Assembly: GCF_009914755.1 (NCBI RefSeq)
Contig: NC_060947.1
Source: the human T2T-CHM13v2.0 reference genome, Homo sapiens
Direction: 5' to 3' (one strand)
DNA: 64,000 bases
Shown here: piece after piece, positions 11,001-23,609 of the stretch
Position numbering within the stretch: the stretch's first letter is position 1
Layout: each line of letters starts with the position of its first letter
Notes under the pieces: generated by a model
What the model was told of the DNA's origin: nothing
Database searches by the model: none
What the model saw: only the letters and a program-made list of their open reading frames with translations
Translations under genes and position numbers: made by a program

Positions 11001-14000
11001 AAATCTGAGCAGAAATAAACAAACTTGAGACTAATAAAATTTCATAAAAGATCTACATAATGATAAGATTGTTCTTTGAAAGGATAAATAAGATGAATAG
11101 ACCACTAGGCTAGATAAACAAAGAAAAAAAGAGAGAAGACCCAAATAAGCACAATCAGAAATGACGAAGGTAGCATCCCAACCAATTCCAAAGAAATACA
11201 AAAAAAAAAAAAAAAAAATCTGGAGACTACTATGAACACTTCTATGCACAGAGTTCCTAGATGAAATGTATACATTCCTGAAAAAATATCTTAAGATTGA
11301 ACCAGGAAGAAGTAGAAACCCTGAACAGAATAATAATGAGTTGCAAAATTGAATCAGTAATTAAATACTAACCAACCAAAAACATCCCTGAAAACAGATG
11401 GATTCACTGCTGAATTCTACCAAATGTACAACGAAGAGCTGGTACCAATTCTACTGAAGAATTTCCAAAAAATCGAGTATAAATTCTTCCCTAAGTCATT
11501 ATATGAAACCAATATTATCTTGATACAAAAATCTGGTAAAGACATAACAAAAGTATCAAACTAATGGCCAATAACCCTGATAAATATAGATGCAAATATC
11601 CTCAACAAATCACAAGCAAACCAAATTCAGTAGCACATCAAAAGGTAAATTCACTTTGATTAAATAGGCCTTATTCCTGAGATGAAAGATTGGTTCAACA
11701 TATGCAAATCAATAAATGTGACTCAACACCTAAACAGAATTAAAAACAAAAACACATGATCATCTCAATACACACAGAAAAAGCTTCCAATGAAATGCAA
11801 TATCCCTTCATGATAAAAACCCTCAATAAACTAGGCATCCAAGGAACATACCTCAAATTATTAAGAGCCACTTCTGAAAAATCCAAAGCCAACATCATAA
11901 TGAATTGGCAAAAGCTGGAAGTATTCCCTGGATAACCAAAACAAGAGAAGGATACCCACTATCATCAATCCTATTCAGTATAGTACTGGAAGTTGTAGGC
12001 AGAGCAATCTAGCAAAAGAAAAAAATAAAAAGCATTCAAATAGAAAAATAGGAAGTCAAATATTATCTCTTTGATGACAAGATTATATACCTAAAAAGCC
12101 CTAAATATTCTGCCAAAACATTCTTAAACGTGATAAAATGACTTCAATAAAGTTTCAAGATACAAAATCAACACAGAAAAATCAGAGGCACTTCTATATG
12201 CCACTGATATAAGCTGATAAATGAATTAAGAATGCAATTCCATTTACAATAGTCCCAAAAAGAAAATATTTATGAATACATTTAACCAAGGAAGGGAAAG
12301 ATCTCTATGAGTAGAACTACAGAACATTCTTGAAGGAAGTCACAGGTGACACGAACAAATAAAAAAAATTCCTCACTCATGCATAGGAAGAATTAAGTTC
12401 ATTAAAATGACAGTACTACCTAAAGCAATCTACAAATACAATGCAATTCCTATCAAATTACCAATGCCATTTTTCACATAGTTAGAAGAAATCATTTTAA
12501 AATTCATCTGGAACCAATAAAAGAGCCTGAATATCTAAGCAATCCTAGGCAAAGAGAACAAAGCCAGAGGTGTCACATTACCCAACTTCAGACTATATTG
12601 TAAAGCTGCAGTAATCAAAATAGCATGGTACTGGTAAACAAATAGACACATTCACTAATGCAACAGTATAAAGAACCTAGAATTCAAGCCACACATCTAC
12701 AACCAATTGATTTCAATGAAGTCAACAAAAAAAAAAAAAAAAAAAAAAACAATGGAGAAAGGATATCCTATTCTTTAAACAGTGCTGGGAAAACTAGCTA
12801 GCCATATGTACAGGAATGAAACTGGACCCCTACCTCTAAGCATATACAAAAATTATCTCAAGATAGATTTAAAAATTAAAAGTAATAACTGAAACTAGAA
12901 AAATCCTAGAACAGAGCCTAGGAAATACTCTTCTGGAATATTGATTTAGGCAAATAATTTATCACTAAGACCTCAAAAGCAAATGCAACAAAAACAAATA
13001 TTGACAACTAGGACCTAATTAATCTAAAGATTCTCTTCACAGCAAAAGAAATGATCAACAGAGTAAAAAGATAACCAACAGAATGGGATAAAATATTTGT
13101 AAACTATAAATCTGAAAGGACTGATATCCTAAATCCAATAGCCCCTTTAAAACGTGGGAAAAGGACATGAACAGACACCTCTCAAAAGAAGACATGCAAG
13201 TGGCCAACAAACAAATTTTAAAATGCTCAACATCACTAATTATTAGAGAAATGCAAATCAAAACCACGATGTGATACCACCTCACATCAGTCAGAATGGC
13301 TATTTTTAAAAAGTCAAAAATTACAGATGTTGGTGAGGTTGCAGAGAATAGGGCATGCTAATACACTGTTTGTGGGATTGTATATTAGTTCAGCCCCTAT
13401 GGAAAGGAGTTTGGAGATTTTTCAAAGAATAAAAAATATAATTAACATTTGCCTCTGCAATCCCATTACTGTATACATATCCAAGGGAAGATAAATTGTT
13501 CTTTCAAAAAGCTATCACCTGCACTTGTATATTTCTTACAGCATGATATAGTTAGGTCTTGTGTCCCCACCCAAATCTCATCTTGAATTGTAATCCCTAT
13601 GATCCCCATGTGTCAAGGTAGAGACGAGGTGGAGGTAATTAAATCATGGGGTGGTTTCCCTCATGCTGTTCTCATGATAATGAGTTCTCATGAGATCTGA
13701 TGGTTTTATAAGAGGCTCTTCCCAATTCACTTGGCACTTCTCCTTCCTGCTGCCTGGTGAAGAAGGTGCCTTGCTTTTCCTTCACCTTCTGCCATGATTG
13801 TAAGTTTCCTGAGGCCTCCTCAGCCATGCTGAACTGTGAGTCAATTAAACCTCTTTCCTTTATGAATCACTCAGTCTCAGGCAGTTCTTCATAGCAGCAG
13901 GAAAACAGACTAATACACCACACTATTCACAATAGCAAAGACATCGAATTGACCTAGGTGCCCATCAGCAGTGGACTAGATAAAGAAAATCTGGTATATA

Positions 14001-14375
14001 AACACAATGTAATACTACACAGCCATAAAAAGGAATAAAATTATGTCCTTTGCAGCAACATGGATGCAGCTGGAGGCCACTATACTGGAGGTGATTAAGC
14101 TAGTATTTAGAAAACTAAATAACATATGTTCTCACCTGTAAGTAAGAGCTAAAGACTGGTACACATGAACATAAAGATGATAACAATAGACACTGGAAAA
14201 CTTCAAAAGAAGGGACGGAGAGAGGGGTGCCAATGTTGAAAAACTACCTATTGTGTACTATGTTCACTATTTGGGTGGTGGCTTCAATAGAATTCCAGAC
14301 CTCAGAATCACACAATATATTAACGTAATGAACTTGCACATATACCCCTTGAATCAAAAGTAAAAAGTAAATACA
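8057..14375 (+). mobile_element. Near full-length L1PA16/L1PA17-like LINE-1 (5'UTR ~8057-8900, ORF1 ~8900-9930, ORF2 from ~9990, 3'UTR to ~14375), decayed
   Basis: GC-richer 5'UTR, ORF1 end (ggaaattctaaacatggaaacaaaagaatga), endonuclease start (ttaaccttgaatataaatggcctaaat; NIGAPRFIKQ), RT region and the 3'UTR motif ctatgttcactatttgggtggtggcttcaatagaa. Many stops. Confidence 0.92.
13544..13917 (+). mobile_element. Solo MaLR LTR (THE1D/MSTA-like) inserted in the L1 3' region
   Basis: tgatatagttaggtcttgtgtccccacccaaatctc...gactaataca with TG...CA ends. It interrupts the L1 sequence cagca|ctattcacaatagc, with a degenerate 5-bp TSD cagca/ccaca. Confidence 0.92.
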
Positions 14376-14407
14376 TTTGAGGAAAGTTTGAGTTTTCAAA
14401 ATACAGC

Positions 14408-14636
14408 TTTTTTTTTTTTTTTTCTATGGAGTCTTGTTCTGTTGCCCAGGCTTCAGTCTTCTGAGTAGCTGAAATTACAGGCATGCACCACCATACCTGG
14501 CTAATTTTTGTATTTTTAGTAGAGACAGGGTTTCACCATGTTAGCCAGGGTGGTCTCAAACTCCTGACCTCAGGGATCCACCCGCCTTGGCATCCCAGAG
14601 TGCTGGGATTACAGGCGTGAGCCACTGCGCTCAGTC
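14408..14636 (-). mobile_element. AluS with an internal deletion in the right arm
   Basis: PolyT followed by Alu reverse complement. The sequence jumps gcccaggct|tcagtcttctgagtagct. TSD aaaatacagctttt / aaaataacagctttt. Confidence 0.92.
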
Positions 14637-17508
14637 AAAATAACAGCTTTTTAAATCATTCTAAGTGTTACACAGTTCTATAGAATTTCTTATTGTCAAT
14701 TAGTTCATTAAATATTGTTTTCACTTTGTTAAAAATCATTTAAGAATCTTAAATTAAGGTTTTCAATTGTTATAGCACCAAAATAAAGTTGAACTTCAAT
14801 TTGAGTAAGTAGAGTACCACAGTAGAGAAAGGCTTATCTTGAAAACATTTGCAGGTATGGCATCTCTCTAATGAAGTGAAATACAATGAGATTGAGAAAA
14901 GGTATGACTGATTTTTTGAGAAAGTGCCTGTGAAAATATTTGAGCCAAAATATTTATACATTTCAAAATAATAAAAGAAAAACAAAAACACCATTGAAAA
15001 TATCCTCCATTTAAAAAAAAAATTTTCTGAGTTTATCAGTTATCACATAGCTATAGAAGTATTTTCTCAAGTACACATATTATGATCTATAGATAAGTCC
15101 AGTGTTAAAAAAAATCAAATTTACCAATCTTATATTGCCTCTTTGAAGAAGATTGAAAGACATTTCCTAACTAAAAATAAAATAAGATCATATAAAATAT
15201 ATCTTCCAGGAAAACACCATTGGCATGGCGTTAAAGAAAGACCATGCTAAGAAACTGACTGAAGTATAAGACTATATACCAACAATTATTTCTATGCTTA
15301 TGAAAGTTTTAATATTTAGATAATTCGTATAGAATATTTTCTTTATTTAATTTACTTACAGTTTTTAGAAATAATTTCATTTTTGATATAATTTTTGAAT
15401 GGAAAAACTATATAAATCCACCAATAACATAAAACCAACTAGTAGGGCAATATATAAATATTCTTATTTACATAATTTTAGTTAATGTTACTGTCTTCAT
15501 TCTCCTTTGAAAGTTTCCTCATTTGTATGATAAACCATATGATAAAGCAAGTCCCATTAAGCAAAAGTTTGATGGGAAACATAAATGGATGCATCAGGTT
15601 TTCACCACCAGAAGTTCCATTAAAATTTACTTCAAAAACTAAACATGCCTTATGGATTACCTATGCCACTGCCCTACATGAATAAATAAATAAATAAATG
15701 GTCAATTAAACTCCAGTTTCATACAATTAAACACCCAATGAATTTTCACCAATCAAGTGATATGGTATATGGATAAAATCATCCTGAGAATAGGTCTCTC
15801 TACAATTTACCTTCACATTTTACTTTATTCCTAATAGAAAGTCAGAATATCAATTAATAGACTATTCCTGCAGTATAACACCAAATAAATTTCCAAATCC
15901 ATTTGAATATACTTCTTTCTGTAAAAGTTAAATTTAAATAATTATGTTTGATTTAAAATGTGTTAAGTAATTAATTTAATCCCGTTTCACTTTCAATTCT
16001 TTGTGTCACAATAACTAACAATCATCTGTGAACTAAGAATCATCATATTAAATCTTTTCTTTTTCAGCTTTTTAAAATTACTTTGAGGGGACCAATGACT
16101 CCATTTGGTTCATATAACCATAAACTCCCCAATCAACATTTCAACTTATCATAATTGAAGATGAGTGATTAACTAAATTTTTCCTTCCAGTTTAATCTTA
16201 CCCAAATCATTTTTCTGACAAATCCAGGCAATGCTCATTCCTCTATCCTTCACTTTTTCACTTATATGCAAAACACAAATAAGTACACAAGTTCAATTTA
16301 CAAAATTTTTCTCTGATTGATTGTAACTGGTAATATTGACTCCTCAACAACATTATAAATTCCTGAGGCTAACAAAATTTATTTTTCCATGTAATTTTGT
16401 TGATCAATCCTCCCAAATTATTATTTTGCTATAGCTCATGTACTTAACTTTAGAATAACCATGTCACAATTAGATATTGATATGTGACAATAAGGAAACA
16501 AATATAAATATATTCACTCTAAAATAAATTAAGCATATTTCCTGACCATTTTATAAATTGTAATCTTCTTCAGAGCAAGCCATTATTTAAAAAACAAAAT
16601 ATGAAATAAAATAAAGGATATATCTAAGGCATATTGTTAATGATTTTCTTTGAAACAGTTCATCAGAAGATACAAGATGATGTTTGGAGGTTGTTTGCAA
16701 TTTAATTGCATTTCCATTTTGTTTTCTTGGCTTGTTGAGTAATCTGCTCCATAATGTGTTTTTATAATTGAGGGAGATGAAAAGTGAATTTAATAAAGAT
16801 ACATAATTCATTTTTCTTTTTAACTGGTGCTTCTGTACACATTTTATGCTGTCTTCCTGTAGAATTTTAAAATTCAAAGAAGACTTTGCAGATGGTATTT
16901 AAAATGTTTTTCTCTAAGTGGTTTCTGTCCACAGTATTATGTTCCATGTCGTACAAGACTTAAAATCTTGAGAAGCAAGAATGTGTTGTCATAAGTTTTT
17001 CTTTTATTCTAGCTTAAATAAATAGAACATAAATCGACATTTTAGAAGTGACTCACATAAGTTTAGTTAAAATCAAATACTTTATCTAATACCCAGAAAC
17101 ATGGATGAGATTTCACACAAGTATTTTGAACTATTAAAAAAACCGGTTCCTTGTATAACAAAAAACTTTGGTTTCGGAGATTTCCAAGAAAGATATCTAG
17201 GCATTATATGATAATTCAGTTTAGTTATATCACATGCTTCCGCACCTGGCCTGAATATACATGAACTGCTATACTCAACCAAATAAACCCTTATAAATTA
17301 AAAATCTTCCCTCCTACTTTAGAATTACTGGCACAGAAAACTCAAGGAATTGCCAAATAATTATCCCAATTAAATGTGTAATTGATGTATAAATCAGAAA
17401 TTCTTTTATCAGGTTTTATAACTGATCCCATTTCTCATATATGTCAAAATATTCAAAATAATTTAACTTAAATTTAGATAAATATATGAGATGTGTGATA
17501 CATAGAGG

Positions 17509-17577
17509 GATAGATTGATGGATAGATTAGATAGATATATTAGGTAGTTAGATAAATAGGTAGATAGATAGATAGAT
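17509..17577. repeat. Degenerate (GATA)n tetranucleotide repeat
   Basis: gatagattgatggatagattagatagat...tagatagatagatagat. Confidence 0.8.
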
Positions 17578-18377
17578 GTTAAGAGAAAGTTTTGGCATGA
17601 AAAATAAAAGCTAGAGAGTATTATAGCTCCATACTGAAGTCTTTTGAGGGCTTAACTAAATAATCCACACTAGATTGCTTCAAATATTATGTAAATCAAT
17701 TAAAGTGACAAACATAACATTGTGGCTTCTGGATATAACAGGACAACTTCTCAGCACAGGTAAATAGACTTCATTTGTTGATTCCTGTGTCTGCACATAA
17801 ACACTTTATTCCTACTGTGAGCTCAGGGACAAAGTAGGTTCTTTAGGTGGAACATTAGATAAGCAAAAGCCTTATTCTGATCCTTAAGAAGCCTTTATGG
17901 TTGGAAAGACACCACCACCACCACCACCACACACACAAGCAAATCCTTCAAACTCAGTTACAAAAAATTTATTAACCAATTTATATACAAACATGAGTAA
18001 ATATGATGACCTTCCAATGTCTGCATCAACTAAAATATTCTTATTCTCACGATCTTCATTTTTCCTTTCAGAAGAAGCATGAGTAAGATTTTGACATATT
18101 TAAAAGGAAGAAGCATAGGAGGAAATGTTTATTTGCTAGATTTTATATTACAGGTAGTTGTTTTCTTTCATATTGCTCTTTTATTTTGTTCTAGTCTTAA
18201 ATAAAGAACTTGCTTCTTTATAAAATTGATTTTTAAAACCTTAATATGTATTTACTTGGCCAAAGCTTATTTTATCTTCTTGGCTTTGATTTTATATGCT
18301 ACAAAGTAGCACTTGATGATTTTTTTTGGTGGGCAAAAACCCTATTTGAGCATGATTGTTAGGCTATGACACTGAAT

Positions 18378-18446
18378 CAAGTGGTTTTAAACATTAGCAA
18401 GTGCTTGATGATGAATAACTGTTAAATACAGTTTTGAGGACCACTG
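18378..18446. mobile_element. Possible internally deleted MER5-type (hAT-Charlie) relic
   Basis: The ends caagtggttttaaacattagc ... tttgaggaccactg resemble the MER5 TIR CAGTGGTTCTCAAA. Confidence 0.35.
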
Positions 18447-19338
18447 GTTTTTAAACCCAATCATACTGTTAAAAAAAGAAGCAGCAGCAGCAAAAGAGTA
18501 AGCTAATTGTAAGATGTGGCTAAAAGAAGCTAATCTATTCTTAACCTCACTTCATAAATGACAGCAAAAGTAAATGGAGACAATCATGAATCACAGGAGG
18601 ATGAGAGTTGGGTAACTAATTGGCCTATTTTCTGTGCTGTCAGAATCCTCTCAAGCAATTTTCTTCAATTATAATTACAAATCAGCATGCTATTTCTTCC
18701 ATATGAACTATCCATTGCCTGAGGTATCCTGGGATAACTCATGATGAATTATTGGAGAATATTTTTTACTAGTGAATAATTACAGGAAGTTCACAGTGAA
18801 CTATCAGCATTAAGACTCTAAAAGTCCATGATTTTAAAAATCTACAAAAAAAATCATTACATGCAAAGCACTGAGTGCCTTGGTCATCATCAAGTATTAG
18901 GTTAATCTTGAAACTGTATGAAACAAAACAAAGCAAAACAGAAACCCAAATATTGCCCCTATATGCTTATCTCTCTGCTGAATATACTGGGCCCACAGTG
19001 AGTCAAATAAATGCTATGCTAGACAGAGACTGCTCACAGTTTCAGACTGGGTTGTGCCTTTTTCTGTAATTTCAGTTCAATCAATTCTGTTACTCAGAGT
19101 GACTTATATACTCGCTTACATCACCTGGTTATATGGATGACTATGACATAAAATCTTGTCCTCCATACATGAACATCTGTATTGTATTCTGGAAATAAAA
19201 CACTGTAGTTTCAGGTTTTCACTGTTTTTTACAAAAATAATTAGCCAAATGTTCTATTATCTCCAAAGTTCATCTTTCTTTTTTATAAGTAAGGTAGTTG
19301 TTTGACAAGCAGATTTCAAAAACTTCCAGAGAAGTGAC

Positions 19339-21602
19339 TGTATTAGTTTGTTCACAGACTGCTATAAAGTTATACCCAAGAATGGGTAATTTATAATGGA
19401 AAGAGGTTTAATTGACTTGAAGATCCACATAGCTGGGGAGGCCTCAGGAAACTTTCAATCATGGTAGAAGGTGACCCTTCTCCAGCAAGGACCTTCTTCA
19501 CATGGCAGCAGAAGAGAGAAGTGCCAGTGCAGGAAAAACAATCACTTATAAAACCCTCAGATCTCCTGAGAATTCACTCACTATCATGAGAACAGCATGG
19601 GGGAAACTGCCCCATAATCCAATCACTTCCCATCAGGTCTCCCCCTAAACACCTGGGGATTACAATTCAAAATGAGATTTGGGTGGGAACACAAAGCATA
19701 ACCATATAATTCTGCCCCTGGCCCCTCCCAAATCCCATGTCCTCATACTTAAAAATCAATCATGCCTTCCCAACAGTATCCCAAAGTCTTAACTCATTTC
19801 AGCATTAACCCAAAAGTCCAAGTCAAAAGTCTCATCTGAGACAAGTCCCTTCTACCTATGAGCCAGTAAAATCAAACACAAGTTAGTTACTTCCAAGATA
19901 CAATAGGGGTACAGGCATGGGGTAAATGATCCTATTCCCAAAGGGAGAAATTGGCCAAAACAAAGGGGCTACAGGCCCCACCCCATGCAAGTCCAAAATC
20001 CAGCAGGGAAATCATTAAATCTTAAAGCTCCAAAATAATTTCCCTTGACTCCATGTCTCACATCCAGGGAATGCTGATGCAAAGGGTGGGCTCCCATGGC
20101 CTTGGGTGGCTCTACCCCTGTGACTTTGCAAGGTACAGCCCCCACATCAGCTGCTTTCATAGCTGGCCTTGAGTGCAGCTTTTCCAGGCACACAGTACAA
20201 GCTGTTGGTGGATCTACCATTCTGGGGGGTCTGGAGGATGGTGGCCCTTTTCTCATGGCTCCTCCAGGCAGTGACCCAGTGGGGACTCTGTGTGGGGGAT
20301 TCAACCCCACATTTCCCCTTTGCACTGCCCTAGCAGAGGTTCCCCTTGAGGACTTCACCCCTGCAGCAGACTTCTGCCTGAACATCCAGACATTTCCATA
20401 CATCCTCTGAAATCTAGGTGGAGGTTCCCAAGCCTCAATTCTGGACTTCTGTGCACATGCAAGCCCAACACCAAACCACATGGAAACTGCCAAGGCTTGG
20501 GGCTTTCACTCTGTGAAGCAACAGCCCGAGCTCTACGTTGGCCCCTTTTAGCCATGACTAGAGCTGGAGCAGATGGGACACAGGGCACCAAGTCCAAAGG
20601 CTGCACAGAGCTGGGGGACCCTGGACCAAGCCCAGAAAACCATTTTTCCCTCCTAGGCCTCTGGGCCTGTGATGGGAGGGGCTGCTGCCAAGATCTCTGA
20701 CATGCTGTGGAGGCATTTTCCTCATTGTCTTGGTGATTAACATTTGGCTCCTCGTTATTTATGCACATTTCTGCAGTGGGCTTGAATTTCTCCCCAGAAA
20801 ATGGGTTTTTCTTTTTCTATTGCATTGTCAGGCTGCAAATTTTCCAAACTTTGGGCTTTGCTTCTCTTTTAACATAAATTCAATTTTAGATTAACTCTCT
20901 CAAGTTCAAAGTTCCACAGATCTCTAGGTCAGGGGCAAAATGTCCCCAAAGTCTTTGCTAAAGCATAGCAAGAGTGCCTTTGCTCCAGTTTGAATAAGTT
21001 CTTCATTTTCATCTGAGACCACCTCAGCCCAGACTTCATTGTCCACATCATTATTGGCATTTTAGTCAAAACCATTTAACAAGTCTCTAGCAAGTTCTAA
21101 ACTTTCCCACATCTTCCTGTCTTCTGAGCCCTCCAAACTGTTTCAACATCTGCTTCTTACCCAGTTCCAAAGTCACTTCCACATTTTCAGGTATCTTTAT
21201 AGCAGTACCCCACTCTCTGCAGTACCAATTTACTGTATTAGTCTGTTCTCATGCTGCTATAAAGAAATAGCCAAGACTGGGTAATTTATAAAGGAAAGAG
21301 GTTTAATTGACTTGCTGTTCCACATGGCTGTGGAGGCCTCAGGAAACTTATAATCATGGTGGAAGGCAAAGGGGAAGCAAGAACCTTCTTCACATGGTGG
21401 CAGGAAAGAGAAGAGCCAGTGCAGGAAAAATTACCATTGATAAAACCATCAGATCTTGTGAGAATTCACTCGCTATCACAAGAACAGCATAGGGGAAACC
21501 GTCCCCAAAATCCCGTCACTTCCCATCAGGTCTCCCCCTAAACACCTGAGGATTAGAATTCAAGATGAGATTTGGGTGTGGACACGCAGTCTAACCATAT
21601 CA
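19339..21602 (-). mobile_element. Complete MSTA-like MaLR element: LTR 19339-19709, internal 19710-21233, LTR 21234-21602
   Basis: Two homologous LTRs (tgtattagt...aaccatat) and internal ORF remnants at 19969-20493 and 20355-20768 (WEPPPRFQRMYGN). 5-bp TSD gtgac/ttgac. Confidence 0.93.
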
Positions 21603-22584
21603 TTGACCATATTTTCTATGGCAATATCCAGTTGCAAAAAGGAACCTATAAAGTACCATCTATGTATTTTTAAAACATTCTTTTTACTTTTAAAAATCTG
21701 ATTTGTCATCTGGTGTATTAAAATCCATGTAATAAGAACACATTACTAGGATGTCAAATCCATTTTATTATACCATCATGAAATTTAATTAGAATTAGGT
21801 AACTAATACTATACAGTATTTTAAGTCTGTTTTTAGCTCTTTCTTCAGAGAATTTATTTGGGGATTTTATACAGAATGTACATTCAATAAACATTTTGAT
21901 AGATGAAATTTTTAAAGCATAGACCTATTAGGTATGACACACAAATTTATACATAAAAGGGGGAAGGTACATGATAAAAGTAAAGTTAACCCTTGGCATT
22001 TATATGACTTCTCTGGGGAAATAAGATTCAGTTGAAGGTCAATAACTATTTAGACAGCTAAATAAAGGTTTTGAGGAGACACGAACACATCTTCTGTAAG
22101 AATCTGGTAAATGCCTACAAAATGCAACTTGGAATATGCAAGCATATCATATATTTTTCAAAGTAGATTGAACTCTAAAAACTATTTGGCACCTCAAACA
22201 AAGCTCTATTTATTCTTTAATTTTGTCTGATTTTTGTCTTGACATTTGTTACTGTTACTACAGAAAATCTGCACATCAAAGTGTGAGTTTAATGTGGCAG
22301 ATTTTATTGTCCTTTTTGTCATTTTAGTGCTTCGTGTTTTTAAGAATTTGATTGGACATCATATTGAAAAGAATTTAATCTACCTAGCAGAGCAGGAGTT
22401 CATATTTTTAAAATAATAAAACAAATATTTTGTGTAACTCAAAATCAAACCATGTATACAATGACTAAATTTAGGTAGGAGTTTGATAATACTGAACATT
22501 TTTGGAATTGCAGTTATATGTAAATTGTATGACCTAACCAATACCGATGTATCCTTTTTAGATTTGAAAGTTTGTGAAGGCAAA

Positions 22585-22676
22585 GCCCTTGCTTGTTTGG
22601 TTTACCTCATAATATAGTGCTAAGACAGCACTTAGCAACACAGTGTTTACTTGATAAATATGTGTTGAATGAATTC
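22585..22676 (+). mobile_element. L2 3'-end fragment
   Basis: acagcacttagcaacacagtg...ataaatatgtgttgaatgaat is a typical L2 terminus. Confidence 0.55.
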
Positions 22677-22746
22677 TTGAATAAGTTATTGAAATAAAAA
22701 AAACAAAATGTCAAGATAAAACATCTTTATAAAAACAGGAAAAAAG

Positions 22747-23609
22747 CCTCTCTCCTCCAGTAGGCCACCCAAGATGCTGAAAAGAAAGGCCAAGAAAAAG
22801 AAGGTGGGCCTAGGCCCCTGCTGTTGTGAGGAAACAGGAGGGCAAAAAGGTGGTAAATCTCCTGTTTGAGAAAAGGCCCAATAATTTGGGTACTGGACAG
22901 GACATCTAGCCCAAAAGGGAGCTCATCCACCTTGTCAAACGGCCCTGCTACATCCAGCTGCCACAGCAAAAGCCTGTCTCCTATAAGCAGTTGAAAGTGC
23001 TTCACAAAATTAACCAGTCCACACAGGCGTTGGACCACCAAACAGCTACTTATCTGCTTAAGCTTGCCCACAAGTACAGACAAGAGGCAAAGCAAGGGAA
23101 GCAGCACATACTGTTGGATCCAGGTAGAGAAGAAAGCTGCCAGCAATGGGGATGTCTCCACTAAGAGACGTCCAGTCCTTCCAGCAGGTGTTAACACTGT
23201 CACTTCCTTGGTGAAGAACAAGAAGGCTCAGCTGGTGGTTACTGTACATAACATGGATCTCATAGAACTGGTTATGTTTCTGCCTGCTATGTGATGTTAG
23301 GTGGAGATTTCTTACTGGATTATCAAGGAGAAGGCCAGATGGGGACAACTAATCCAGAGGAAGACTTACACCACCACTGCCTTCACACCGGTTAACTCGG
23401 AAGACATAAGGAGCTCTGGCTAAGCTGGTGGGCACAATGGCAGATATAATGAGATCTGCCATCTCTAGAGAGGCAAGTTCTGGACCTAAAATCTGTGACT
23501 CAAATTGCCAATCTGGAAAAGGCAAAGTCTAAAATAACTTGCCACTAAAGTGAGTGAAATGTACACTGTTTTTTTGTACATAAAAATAATGAAAATTCTC
23601 GTTCAAAAA
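22747..23609 (+). pseudogene. RPL7A: Processed pseudogene of ribosomal protein L7a (eL8)
   Basis: Pyrimidine 5' leader ctctctcctcc..cccaagATG (ATG at 22774). Remnant peptides include [17 protein letters not shown] and [37 protein letters not shown], with a C-terminal LATK at ~23538-23549. It is intronless with stops and frameshifts, and has a short 3'UTR and A-remnant. Confidence 0.96.

Noticed and set aside
8057-14375. Retrotransposition-competent L1
   Set aside because: Both ORFs have many stops, frameshifts and deletions, plus an LTR insertion near the ORF2 end.
18072-18082. Possible 11-nt microexon (tttcctttcag|AAGAAGCATGA|gtaaga)
   Set aside because: It is not frame-preserving, has no host gene evidence, and is plausible by chance.
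22727-23348. 164-aa and 96-aa minus-strand ORFs
   Set aside because: They are antisense shadows of the RPL7A pseudogene.
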